From the NCBI GenBank assembly GCA_951406725.2, contig OX597834.1, positions 34,596,001 to 34,660,000 of the forward strand: a DNA stretch of 64,000 bases. The letters are read 5' to 3'. The translations under genes and the position numbers were made by a program. This document shows, one piece after another, positions 42,925 to 56,380 of this stretch. This DNA comes from Octopus vulgaris. Lineage: Eukaryota. The first letter of the stretch is position 1. Every line of letters starts with the position of its first letter. Under the pieces are notes generated by a model that was given only the letters and a program-made list of their open reading frames with translations, was not told the DNA's origin and did no database searches.

Positions 42925-43700
42925 AGTGAGTGGGTGAGTGCAGGTAGAAAATTCCAGTGGGATGACTTTATAACAATGAAGGATTGGGAACAGAAGTTAA
43001 TGTAAAGTCTGGGTGGAACAGACCCAATATGGGTAACATGGAGCAGAAAGATGAGTGAGTCAAGAGTGCCAGGGAAGTGGTGGCCCCAGATCAACTAGTT
43101 TCAAAGAGCAGAAGCCAATGTAGCAGTGATATAAAAGGCAGAGAGAGGAGACAACAACAGTCATATTGCACTGAAGTGTAACTTTATTTTAATCAGTCAA
43201 GTTTAATTGTGATCTAGGATATCTGTGTGTGCAGCAACTCCACCAACTCAGATGTCGGGGGGGGGGGGGGAGCACTCAATTATGGTCCAGTGACATAGCT
43301 TGAGTATGTGTCACCCAGGGTAGATCTTGAGTTTGCCAAGTACCCAGCCATCCAGCCCCAAAACCTATACATGTTTATACAACTAACCCAAAAGTGACAC
43401 CCCCATAAAAGCATCACCCCTTGCCATACTACTGTTATGAATCTCATTTGAGTTTTGATTTTGAAGGTCAATAATTGTGAGGGAATTGAAGTGGAGATAG
43501 CTGAAAAATGTTCTGGTCCTGTAGAGGGAGGTCAATTTTTGTGACTTAGTCTTTGGCTATGTAGAGGATGTGTGTTCACCAGGAAAGATTTTCAGCAAAA
43601 GTAAGGCCTGGCATTTGTAGTAACTTTAAGGGTCTAGTCATGTGATATTTGTCAGGAGAGAATGCACTGCAATGTTTTCTTGGTGTGTGCTTAGTAGGGG
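42925..43700 (-). mobile_element. Decayed CR1/L2-group LINE ORF2 C-terminal fragment, interrupted by a hAT-like MITE
   Basis: Minus-strand translation gives LQMPGLTFAENLSW*THILYIAK ... VGGVAAHTDILDH ... VSSLCLLYHCYIGFCS ... QSFIVIKSSHWNFLPA, which parallels the post-RT region of these LINEs (LG+T+...LSW..HI; SLCLFYRY; SF..R....WN.LP). Confidence 0.7.
43288..43434 (+). mobile_element. hAT-like MITE (CAGTGGCGTAGC-type ends); other copies at 52234-52359, 21887-22067 (-) and 12250-12340 (partial)
   Basis: Starts CAGTGACATAGCT and ends GCCATACTACTG. Flanks ttatggtc / ttatgaat. Shares the internal core ttataca..acc.aaaag...cccataaaagc.tc.cc with the other copies. Confidence 0.7.
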
Positions 43701-44350
43701 AAATAGATTGGTAGATTGGCAGGAGTGGTAGAATGTCTGACAGAAATGCCTTACAGTAATATTTACAGCCATCTATATTCCAAGTTCAAATCTCAAAAAG
43801 GTCAAGTTCACTTTGCATCCTCTGGGACTGATAAAATACCAATCAATTTGAAGGATTCAATTAATTGACTATACCATCTTCACTAAATTTATGGTCTTCT
43901 TTTGTCAATGTTAGAAATTAATATCAGAGGAAAATCTGTCAACCTGGAATGAAAGCTCTCAAGTAGTGTAAAACGAATGTGTGGTGTTCATACCTTCCCC
44001 ACAGTCTTTTGCAACAACATAAGGAAATTAAATGCTGTAGTTACAATCAAGAAATCGTAACATACAAAAAACACACACACACACATGTATATGCACATGC
44101 ACACACATACATGCATGTGCATCCACACAGACATACACACACCATATGCATCCAAACACACACACAGATACATCCATGCACACACAATATCAAATTCTGA
44201 GACTAGCATAGGGTAAATGCTTGTACAGGACATATAATAGTTGATTGAAACACCCTCAGTATATAACTGGTATGTTATATACTGAGGGCAATGAAAGTCA
44301 AGGTCAACTCAGACAAGAACATTTGAATGAATCTACATTTCAAAACTCAT

Positions 44351-44579
44351 TTAACCCTTTCAATACCAACCTGGCAGAAACCGCCTCAGGCTCTGTAGCA
44401 CAAATGTCTTGTTTTCATAAGTTTTGAATTAAAATCTTCCACCAAACCTTAGTCACAATTTATGTTCTTAACACTAGCTTAATGATAACGAAGTTATTTT
44501 ACTAAATTCTTTGTTATATTTAAAGTAATTGAAAGAAACACAGAGCATCTCAAAATAAATACAGTAACGAAAGGGTTAA
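44351..44579 (+). mobile_element. piggyBac-type MITE (family B); partial inverted copy at 8382-8486
   Basis: TTAACCCTTTCAATAC ... GTAACGAAAGGGTTAA. 8382-8486 is the reverse complement of its right part. Confidence 0.85.
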
Positions 44580-44914
44580 TCCAACATTCTACAATTTCTG
44601 ACAATTCAACACCAACAGCTTATCTCTAATAATCATCTCTGACTTAAGCACAAGGTAACATATTTCAACAAGGAATAATCATTTCCAGAAATATTACTTG
44701 GTGCGGGCCCTATGCTAATATAAAGCTTAGAAACACTTTGATTTAAAAAAGAAAAAAAAAGCTTCACAAAAATTGAAAACATGTTTCTTAATTATTGAGG
44801 ATCCTGCAGATAGCAAGACTTTAATCTGTAACTTTGTTTTAGTTTATGTCTGAATTTAGCATTGAAGATACAGTCCATTATAGATGATTGTATCTCTAAT
44901 GTACATGCTGATAG

Positions 44915-45680
44915 ATCCCAGAAAGATGAAAGACAGAGTTAACTTCTGTGGAATAGCAACTCAATATGTAAAGGTATCAACTTAATATGCAATAAAGCAT
45001 TCTGTCTGAGATTCTATAGGTTCCACCAATCCAGAGCCATTGAAAATAATAATAATAATATTAATAATAATAATAATAATAATCCTTTCTATTATGGGTA
45101 CAATGCTTGAAATTAAGGGTAGGGCAAGTCGGTTACATCAACCCCAGTACTCAACTGGTACTTATTTTATTTATTTTATCAACACTGAGAGGAGGAGAGG
45201 CAAAGTCGACCTTGGCAGAATAATAATAATGATAATTCTTTCAAATTTTGGCACAAGGCCAGCAATTCTGTGGGCGGGAATAAGTCAGTAACATATTAAC
45301 CCCAGTATTCAACCCTGAAAGGATGAAAGGCAATGACAACCTCAGCAGAATTTGAACTCAGAATGTAGTGACAAGCAAAATACTGCTAAGCATTTCATCC
45401 AGTGTGCTAATGATTTTACCAGCTCACCACCTTAACAATAATGATAATAATAATAATAATAATAATAATGGTTTCAAATTTTGGCACAAGACCAACAATG
45501 TTGGGGTGGGGAGGTAAGTTGATTTCATCAACCCCAGTTCACAATTGGAACTTATTTTATCAACCCAGAAAGGATAAAAGCAAAGTCAACCTCAGTGGAA
45601 TCTGAACTCATAATGTGAAGGTGGACAAAATACTGCTAAGCATTTTGTCTGGCTTGCTAACAATTTGGTCAGATTGCAAT
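44915..45680 (-). mobile_element. Second head-to-tail cluster of Deu/Nin-like SINEs in (AAT)n
   Basis: Copies at about 45083-45220, 45237-45435 and 45470-45665 in the same orientation, each preceded by (AAT)n. Further copies at about 48500-48685 and 58960-59110. Confidence 0.75.
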
Positions 45681-45682
45681 AA

Positions 45683-46053
45683 TAACAAGAGCACTCAGTG
45701 AGTGCAAACCTCCACCAAGGCAACACCAATGTCCTCTCAACGATTAGCCAGAGATGATTTTTAAAATGAGAATATCTGAAACAAACTCGACTGCTCTCAC
45801 AAACAAGAATATTAAAAATGAACCCGACTGCTCTCAAAAATTAAGTAAAAAATCAGGAAAAATAATCCAGAATACTTGTCCAGTACCGGATCGATCCCAA
45901 AAGCTAATCAGTTCATGCCAGTCACGAGGCCAAACGTCCCTGAAAGTTTCATCCCAAACCATCCAGCAGTTCTTGAGATATCTTGTCCACAGACAAACAA
46001 ACTAACAAACATGACTGAAAACAATACTTCCACCTTCGCTAAGGTGGAGGAAA
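45683..46053 (+). mobile_element. Helentron-associated non-autonomous element (HINE/DINE-1-like)
   Basis: 5' AACAAGAGCACTCAG..ACCTCCACCAAGG, the aaagtttcatc...gttcttgagatatc core followed by (ACAA/ACAG)n, and a 3' hairpin TCCACCTT-CGCT-AAGGTGGA; inserted in an AAT-rich site. Confidence 0.7.
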
Positions 46054-49000
46054 TAATGATAATGAAGATTGGTGTACTTTACACAATGCCCAGATTGTTA
46101 CCCAGAAGGCTAAAGGATACTGAAATTGAGGCTCACATTGTTGACCTCAGGAAAGTGCAATCCTGTATTCTCCAAGTTTCCTAAGAAAAATTCTTGAGAT
46201 TTAAGGAGACTTGCTGTCACAAACCTCAAAACAATATCCCTGTCAACTGAGCCTCGCTGCTGTTGCCAGCCTCACCTGGCCTCCGTGCTGGTGGCATGTA
46301 AAAAGCACCATCCGCTCATGGCTGTTTGCCAGCCTCGTCTGGCACCTGTGCCGGTGGCACGTAAAAAACACCCACTACACTCTTGGAGTGGTTGGCGTTA
46401 GGAAGGGCATCCAGTCGTAGAAACATTGCCAGATCAGACTGGGCCTGGTGCAGCCTTCTGGCTTCCCAGACCCCAGTTGCACCGTCCAACCCATGCCAGC
46501 ATGGAAAGCGGACGCTAAACAATGAATAATAACAACAATAATAATAATAATATATTCTGACAAAGGTACAAGTTCATAATATGGGGGGGTAGGGCAGGAA
46601 ACAGTTATTTTACATTGATTCCAGTGCTTAACAGTAGTTTCTATTTTAGGCACAAGGCCAGCAATTTTAAGGGGAGGGGTTTGTAACTACCATTCTCCCC
46701 GGGAACTATATTAAAGATACACATGTTGTAGAGTACTCAGCCACTTGCATATTAATTTCAAGAGCAAGCTGTTCCATTGATAAGATCAAACGGAACCCTC
46801 ATCGCCATAAGTGACAGATTGTCAATTAAACAGTCCAATGACTGAAATAAGTTAGAAAAAGAAACAGGCATGGAAAACAACAACATACAAATGGAATGAA
46901 GCAAGCTGTCCCAACAACAAGGCAGTCAAATAAGGAAGCCCACAGATCCATGGTTACTCTGACTACCAAAGGGCAAAGCCTTCTCACAATTGTATTCTTC
47001 AACCTACAGCTACATGTAAGGATTAGACCCATTCACAAGGTTAATCTCTTAATGTTCATTCATCTTTCAGTAAATTCCCTGAAGAGCAGCAGGGTTGTGG
47101 ATTATGTCACTTTTCAAAACTGGACACCATCATTTCCTTTCATTTGGATTACTTGCTACTTCAAAATTTTAACTTTCCAAGTTAAGTATCCTCTTGAATA
47201 TCGTATTAGACTAGAAACTCAGTAAATTAGATCTGGCAGAGTATAAACATGCATACATATATCTCTTATCATTTATTTCAGTCATATGACTGTGGCCATG
47301 CTGGAGCACCACATTGAGTAATTTTTAGCTGAATGAATCAACCCCAGTAATTATTAGCCTGGTACTCATTCTATTGGTCTCTTTTGCCAAACTGCTAGGT
47401 TATGAGAACATAAACACACCAACACCAGTTGTCAAGCAGTGGTGGGGGTTAAACATGCACACATATATATACATGAGGCTTCTTTCAGTTTCCATCTATC
47501 AAATCCACTCACAACGCTTTGGTCAGCTCAAGGCTATAGTAGAAGACACTTTTCCAAGGTGCCACGCAATGGGACTGAACCCAGAACCATGTGGTGGGGA
47601 AGCAAACTTCTTACCACACAGCCATATAATTTACTAACAACTTTTTTTTTTCATAGGCATAGCTGTGTGGTTAAGAATTTTGATACCCAACCAAATGGTT
47701 TTGAGTTCAAACCCACTGCACAGCTTTTATAGCCGTGGGCCAACCAAAACTTTGTAATGAATTTGGTGAGCAGAAAGTGAAAAAAGCTTGTCATGGGGAT
47801 TGGGGTATAGGTATCCTTGTCTTCACTTCACATGATGGTTGTAAAAGAGAATCACCTTCATACAAGCAGTGTCATTCATTTCCATTCTTCCATGGAAACA
47901 TGTCTGTCCATGGGGAGATATTACCTTGCTTGCAAACAGGTGAAGGTTGGTGACAGGAATCGCATCTAACTACCAAAAATCTGCCTCAACAAATTCCATC
48001 TGACCCATGCAGGCATGGAAAAGCAGATGTTAAAACGATGATGATGATGATGATCCAACAACATGATGGTAGCATCACCTCCCTCTTCAAGTGAAACTTA
48101 AGTTGATGAGGGTTCAGTCAAAAAGGAAAGTATGTCTTCAGTCTTTACAATCTTGTCCACCATACAGTTTCTTTCTTCACAGCCAACAGAGGAAAACTTC
48201 CCAGTTTCTAGTTGGCACAAAGCCGGAAATCTTGGAGGAAGGAGCAACAGTCAGTTATTAACACCGAAAACTGAACAACTATTTATTTTATTAAATCCCA
48301 GAAGGATGAACCTGTGGCCAAGATTGAAAAAAACTGAAGATGTACTTTCAACATGAAGTGATTCTGGCAGAATTGAAACTCAGATTACCACATCAGATCA
48401 ATTCTGCTATTATGCTGCCCTTGAAATAATGGGTTCTAAGATTAATTAACACAAGACCTTAAGGCAAAGCTAACTTCCCTTGTCATAATAATAATCATAA
48501 TGGTTTCAACTTTGGACACAAGGCCAGCAAGCTCAGGGGAGGGGGCTAATCAGTTACACTAACCCCAGTGTTTAACTGGTACTTATTTTATCAACTGAGA
48601 AAGGATGACAGGCAAAGTTAACCTCGGTGGAATTTGAACTCAGAATGTAAGGAGAGATAAAATGCCACTAAGCCTCTTGCTCAGCTAATAATTGCTTCCC
48701 ACATTGAGAGAAAAAAAACTTTGGATCTAGAGAGAAGGAGAAATGAGATAGAAAAGCATTCATGCTTAGTCAATTCTGATTGAGCTGCAAAGACACTTTA
48801 GCCATGCCCATTCCATATAATATTCAGTGTTCTTAAAACAATATTATCCAATGTGTCCTTTTTTAAAAAAATTTATAAGCTGTGATCCAAGGAGATGTAA
48901 CTGATGTTTCTAGCAGGTTGGGTGACCAGACTGGCTAAACTGGTTGTAGTTTATATACACCTGGTTACTACCAGGTGGAATGGTCATCATTTGTCAGTCT

Positions 49001-49176
49001 AAAATACCAAAGAGAGACACTACCTTTGGGTCTTGTTCATTAAGCATATGTATAAACATATATATATATATATATATATATATGTTTTTTTGTATCGTCT
49101 ATCTGGATGTTTTGTTGTCCCTTTTTGTATCACATAGTTGTTGGGATGTTTTGCATTCTTGTCCCATTTTGTATTT

Positions 49177-49214
<38 letters not shown>

Positions 49215-49812
49215 GTGTGTGTGAGTGTAGATGTGTCAGTGTATACCTGTGTGTCAGTGTATTTATATTTATTTCCGAGCATGTATGTGTAAGTGTGTAC
49301 ATAAGTATGTGTGCATGAATGTGTAAGAATTACATGTAGAAGTAGTGTGGGTCTGTGTGTGTGTATGTACGTTAAGTGTGTGTGTGTGTGTGTGTGCAAG
49401 TACAGTGTGTATATGAATTAAATACAGTGTGTGTAAGTACAGTGTGTATGTAAATATTGCATGTGTGTGTGTAAGTATAGTATGTGTGATGTGTGTATGT
49501 AAGTGATGTCTCAATGCGTGTGTATCAAGGAGTGGTGTGTTGTATGTGTCAGAGAAAGATCTATCAAAATATTTTGGTGTAATGAGTAATATTAATGTGT
49601 ATGTATACAGGGGGGGGGGGGGTAAGGGTATCTAAGAATGAAGGATGGGTAGATCAATTGAGACTGCTAATATAGGTGAGGTGTAAGTCAATCAGGTGTG
49701 TGTATGAGTTGTGTGTAAGTCAATGCGCACAAATTAATATATGAATCAATGTATGTATGTGTAAAAGTATATTTATGCACATTGTCTGTGTGTGCATGGG
49801 TGTATATATATA

Positions 49813-50022
49813 TTCTTTTATTCTTGTTTCAGTCATTTGAATTCGGCCATGCTGAAGCACCACCTTTAGTCAAGCAACTCGACCCCAGGACTTATTCTTT
49901 GGAAGCCTAGTACTTATTCTATCAGTCTCTTTTGCTGAACCGCTAAATTACGGGGATGTAAACACACCAGCATCGGTTGTCAAGCGATGTTGGGGGGGGG
50001 GGGGACAAACACAGACACACAA

Positions 50023-50053
<31 letters not shown>

Positions 50054-50220
50054 TATTCGATGGGCTTCTTTCAGTTTCCATCTACCAAATCCACTCACAA
50101 GGCTTTGGTCAGCCTGAGGCTATAGTAGAAGACACTTGCCCAAGGTGCCATGCAGTGGGACTGAACACAGAACCATGTGATTGGTAAGCAAGCTACTTAC
50201 CACACAGTCACTGCTGTGCC
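49813..50220 (-). mobile_element. Long composite tRNA-derived SINE (octopus type), near full length
   Basis: Sense strand reads GGCACAGCAGTGACTGTGTGGTAAGTAGCTTGC..GTTCAGTCCCACTGC..CACCTTGGGCAAGTGTCTTCTACTATAGCC..GATTTGGTAGATGGAAACTGAAAGAAGCCC-(TG)n-..CAGCATGGCC..AATGACTGAAACAAG tail. Confidence 0.85.
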
Positions 50221-52233
50221 CCTGTATATGTATATACATAGATATATATATATATATTTAGGTTATATCTTTAATACTCACATTTTGAGTTCTATTTTTC
50301 ACTCTGTTGCTTCTGCTAAATATTAATAAAAAATATACATAAATATATATACAGGTGCATCTATGATTGTGTAATTAAGAAGCTCTCTTTGTAATCATGT
50401 GGCTTTGGGTTCAGTCCCACTGTGTGGTACCTTGGGTAAGTGTCTTCTACTATAGCCCTGGATCAACTGATGTCTTGTAAGTGAATTTGGTAGCTGGAAT
50501 CTGTGGGTAAGCCCATCATGCATATATATAGATATATATGAGTATATATGTAAGTATGTATGAGTCTTACCCCTATCACCACCTCCTGATAACTGGCCTT
50601 GGTTTGCTTGTCCCATAACTTAGCGTCTTGGCAAAAGAGATCAATAGAATAAGTACCAGAGTAGTGCATTAGCATGGCTGCAGTCCAGTGAACCCCCAGT
50701 GCGAAACCGATTGCTAAGATCGGCCGTAATGAATATATAATTACTGTACACTTCAATTAATATACCCACTCCACTGACAGATGCAACAGACTGGTGTCCA
50801 GTCCAGGTGGGGAACTTATACTCTGATGAAACCAGGAAACTGACCCTTATGAGCCAAGAAGGAACAATCTACAACAACAACAACACTGACAGATATATGA
50901 GTGCATCTTTTTCCTAACTTATGGACTCTTGGCTTGCAAACACACACATGTATATGTATCCAGGTGTGTGTGTGTGTGTGTATAACTGCGCATGTGTGTA
51001 TGACAATGTATGTATTTATTTTTATATTAGGGAATATGAGAATGCATGTATATGAATACACATGTGCAGGTGTACATATATCAATATGCGAATAGGTGTT
51101 ATATATGCATATGTGTGCGAGTATCTATGTTCGTGTGGTTTCCATTAGGAAGGAAAGGATTGTCACCATGACCTTTACAGGTCTGTCTCCCAGACTAGTG
51201 AGATTAATGTGGCTGATGTTCAGCTTCAACAAGTGAAAGTTAACATTTGTTGTACAAAACATGTGAGGATGTTGAACAGAATTCCATAATGTTAACATTC
51301 TGGGAGAAAAAACTGCATTAAATAGTTATTGTGAGGTTTCAGATGAGGAGACTAATGTGGAAGTAGAAATTGAGAAGAGGTGAGATACATATGTGTGTGT
51401 GTGTAATATAATATATATATATGAAATATAATAAATATATTAATATAGATAGATATCATGGTATTACGATATTGACTAGATTATTGGCTGTTATGATACA
51501 TCACTGGTCACATGCTTCGCATTCTTTTAGCTTTCAAATGACAGCACCCTGCTGGCTAGGCGAGCAGGCCATCCTCACTGATCAGAAGACTATTCTGTCA
51601 GAGGGTCACCCATTTAAAGGTGAATGGACTAGGGCAACGTAAAACAAAGTGTTTTAGCTCAAAAACACAACGCACCACCTGATCTGGGAATCAAACACAC
51701 GATCATGAGTGCAACACCCTAACCACATGGCCATGTGCCTTCATGTATATATTTATACACACACACACACACACACAACTATTAACTAGCTCAGAGGAGC
51801 AAAGATTGTATTAGTTATAGAAAGGGCAGAATGAAGAGACAGAGCACCTGTGAAGCAGTCGTCAGTGCACTTGGTTAGCAAGTCCTTGCCAATCAGTTAG
51901 GTGGGGTTCTTTTGGATGAAGTCAGGGATGTACTTCTGTGTAGAAGCAGAGCTAACCCAGACATGGAAGCCATATTCTACTGTAGTTCCTATTCTGAAGT
52001 ATTTCTTGACATTTGGAAAGCAAGCCTTTGGAATGTAATTTTTTGCTGTTTTATCTAGATAAGATTGCTACGACCACAATTTGTTAGAAATAACAGTTAA
52101 ATTCCCTCAATTCTGATATAGAAGAAAACGGGATTAAAATCTCTTTCATCATAGATCTTCACGACCAGGGCTGATCTGGAGTGAATATTGTCCACACACA
52201 CACATGAATCACCAATCTCAAATGATTAAACTC

Positions 52234-52359
52234 CAGTGACATAGCTAGGTAGGCCCTAAGTCTATACAGGCTTATACAGCAGACCCAAAAGCGTCGACCC
52301 CATAAAAGCGTCGCCAGAGACGGACCTCCCTTTCACCCGTCACCCCAGCTACTCTATTG
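52234..52359 (+). mobile_element. hAT-like MITE copy retaining CpGs
   Basis: Same 5' end (CAGTGACATAGCT) and core as 43288-43434, but reads aaaagCGtCGaccccataaaagCGtCGcc. Confidence 0.7.
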
Positions 52360-54115
52360 ATAAAATACATGTTTTGAATTTTATCCTCTCTTGCACTTTA
52401 CTTTATTGACCTCGAACGGGATTTGAACTCAAAACGTTGTAACTAATTACTGCAAGTCGTTTTGTCCACTGCTTTAACGATTCTTCAGTTCTATCACCGA
52501 TTTTTTCCATAGGAATAAGCCAGCAAATTTGAAGGGCAGTCGATTAGATCACCAAGCAGGACATAATTGGACCACTTATATCAGTCCTACCCTTTTATCA
52601 GAGTAGGACCGTCTTATCAGCATTATATACGCCCGGACGTGTATAATGTACAGTATTTATTTATTTCTTGACAGCAAGCCACAGCATACAAGAGATCATA
52701 ATTGAGCCCACTAGACCGACGAAGCACTCGGACAACTGGCCAGTGTCTCCATGCCCTTAAGATAGCCCTAGCTGCCATCAAAGTGGACCTCGATGGTACT
52801 TGAACTCGAAACGTCAATTAAATACTACAGCACAAAGCATTTGTTCGTTCCAGAGCGCTACCGACCGATTCTGCACTGCCAGAAGGACCAATATGAATAT
52901 TATACATTAGGATACAATGACACGAACAAAGCATTTCAGATGAAGGGTTGCCTGTACAAATCATAAAGGTAAACACACACACACACACACCTAAGCCCAG
53001 TCCGAGACTATGATAATCAGCAGAGATAATAATCACTCATGTATATACATACACACTAACCCGTACACTTTCTTGCATAGGAGATTTGGAATTAGATGAA
53101 CAATTTAAATGAAAGTGAAGTGAATTTGAAGGGAAATCGAAACCGGTGCGCCCCACACGGCTTATCACCGCACTACTACTAACTCTACAACACCAACAGC
53201 TACAATATATTCAACATACATAATTTCCAAAACGAAAATACTGGGCGCATAAAGCTTATTTTATCTGTACACATAATCATGTATGTGTCGTACGTATGCC
53301 TATACATATACATGTGTGTATGTGTAAGTGTGTTATACATATATTAAACGTTTATACATGTATGAATTAATCACGTGTGTGTGTGTGTACACACGTTTAA
53401 TGCACAATGAAAAAAAGAGCTCGATATATGTAGAAAGGTTTGTTCCTCTGTGTGTGTGTGCGCGTGTGTCAACAGTAATGTATTTGTTGCCCTTGCATTA
53501 TTCATATCCATGTCTGTTCACACACACACACATACAAACATATGCATGAAAACCGATTGACACAAGACATGCGCGCGCACGCATACTAGCAGGCATGCAT
53601 TTACACACACATACATACACACACAGCGATTTGCCCTGAACAGAGATTCTGTAAAGAGATGTAGGGACAGATACATATATTCCAACATTATTACACTGAC
53701 ACACACATACACACATATATAACACATTTATATGCTCACACACACATACAAGCTATGACACCAATATACATACACACACACACACACATATATAAACAGG
53801 CAGGTAACGTGTTGGTGATGCAGAAGGAGGAGTCTGCAAGGTTGGGGAAGGCTAGAGATAAAAAGTCAGAATGCTTTAGTTTTTGTGTCATCTCATTATA
53901 GAATGGAGAGTATCTGAAGCTCACAGAATAGGGAAGAGCTGACTGAAATATATTCAACGTTACACCTGAAAACCTGAAACGGGTTTTATTCTCGTTATTT
54001 TCATACACCCTTCACACACTTGGACTTTTCTCTCTCCCTCTCATTTTATATATATATATATATCATTTTATATGCTTTAAATAAAGCATATTACTCTACC
54101 ACTGGTATATCATTT

Positions 54116-54146
<31 letters not shown>

Positions 54147-55707
54147 ATATGCCTATATATACACATGCCTATATGCCTATATATGTGTATATGCCTATAT
54201 ACACACATGCATATATAAATAGGTATATACATACATACGTGCATACATATACACACACTGCATACACGTACATATGCATATATATACATGGACATTTGCA
54301 CATAAATTCATACACATTTGCGCGTACATTCATACATGTACATTTTACGCACATACATATAAGTACATATACACACATTTATACATGTATATATACACAC
54401 ATTCGTGTATGTATATATCACACATAAATGTGTATACATACACATACATGCATATATCCATATATACATACATAATGTATATAAATACGCATACATAGGT
54501 ACACACACACACATATACTGTTCGAATGCGTATGATTTGTTGTAGAATCGCTGTTCGTAGTGAAAGTGTTCCAGTTCTCTCTATTCATACTCATATAAAG
54601 CTGTGTGTATGAAGGTATACATGTGTAAATGTGCACGCGTGAGAGAGAGAGAGAGAGAGAGAGAGCATATGAGAGACAGAAAGCGCGTGTGTGTGTGTAC
54701 ACCTATCGTCTGTCATTGACTGTTCAAGGAGTTGTAGTCGGGTGAATTTAATCTGGTAATCATAATGTATTTATTTCACTACTACAATCAAACCAGACGA
54801 TTACATTGTTCTTCTGCAGCGCGTGTGTATAAGTGTGTAAACGGGTGTGCTGGTGTGTTCAGGAAAGCAACGCACACACATTTATACTCACACACACACT
54901 AGGGACCATTTCAGGTGTTCCACACAAAATTAACAGGTAAAACCAGGGGAGAACAAAGGCGAGGTGGCGCATTCACAAATGGCACTGGTGATGGGAGGCA
55001 GGGCTTGCGCACAATAGAATTTCTAATAAAGGGAAGGAGAGAGGCCTGTGTGTATAGATAGATATATGGATGGATAGATAGATAGATAGAAAATAAAAGG
55101 ACGGATCTGTGTGTCTGTATATATATATACGTATATACACACAAATAATGTATTGATGAAATGATGGAAGCCGGGTGAAGGTTAACATCAAGCGGTGGGC
55201 AAACGTATAGGGTGAATATAATTCCCACTATAGTCACTGCATGTAGTTAGTCATACTACAGACACTACAAGAAGTTACAGTCATACTACATACACTACAT
55301 GTAGTTCTAGTCATCTTATTGACCCTGAATGGCTATAGCCATACAATCGACACTGCATAAGTGAGGTTACAGCCACCACTATAAAACAGTGCGTTGTGTT
55401 ACAGCTATATTATTACAATTATTATCACTGATTATTCCCACTCTATGCTAATTAAAGTGGTTACAATGTCACTTGATGTATCGATAGTATAGCACTGTAA
55501 GTGATACTGTACCACTGCAGGTGGTTATATTAATACTATACCACTGCAAACGGTTGTATCGATAGTATACCCCCCTGCAACTGGACGTATCCACTACTAT
55601 CAGTTAAAGCGTTACTACACTACTATAACCAATAAATGTACCCACACCAGACTACTATTACTACTGCAACAACAACCAGCAATGGTACCTACGCTTTACC
55701 ATTAATT

Positions 55708-56380
55708 ACCAGTGGCTGTATATACCCCAGGCTTCACCATTACCTGCCAGTGGTTCAATATAGTCCTCGCTTCACCACCAACTTACCCACCAGTAGCCGT
55801 ATGCACCCCAGCCTTCACCACTACCTCCCAATGGCTGAATGTACCCCTAACTTCCAGCTGCTGTGTGTACCCCAAGCTTCACTTCTACCTATCCGTGGCT
55901 ATATGTACCCCACACTTCATCTCAACCTATCAGCGATTGTGCACCCCTTACATCACATCTCCCTACAGTGGGTTGTATGTACACCTCACCTCACATCCAT
56001 CTGCCAGTGGTTGTATGTACCCCTCACTTTACCTCAACCTTCCAATGGCTGTACTTCTCTCTTCTCCACTACCTCCACCACCATCATTACTAATGGCTGT
56101 ATATACCCGACACTTCACTACCCACCATTAGCTGATGTACCCCGCGTTCCCATTACCCCAATTTGCTGTATGTATCCCACACTTAACATCTACCTACCAA
56201 TGCTAGCATATACCCCACACTTCACCATTATATATATCAGCGGCTGTACGTACCCCTCACTTCCCCCACTATTTCCCAGTGGCTATACTTTCTCCACACC
56301 TCACCACTATTCTTCCCCTACCCCACTCCAATGGTTTTATGTAGTCCACACTTCCCCCACTACATATCAGTGGCTGTACA
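55708..56380. repeat. Degenerate ~38-nt minisatellite, about 18 units
   Basis: Approximate consensus CAGTGGCTGTATGTACCCCACACTTCACCACTACCTAC. Shorter ~30-nt repeats lie upstream at about 55240-55600. Confidence 0.85.

Noticed and set aside
50815-50860. CTGATGA...GAAA hammerhead-like words
   Set aside because: No stem II or enclosing helix; it is part of a SINE 3' region.
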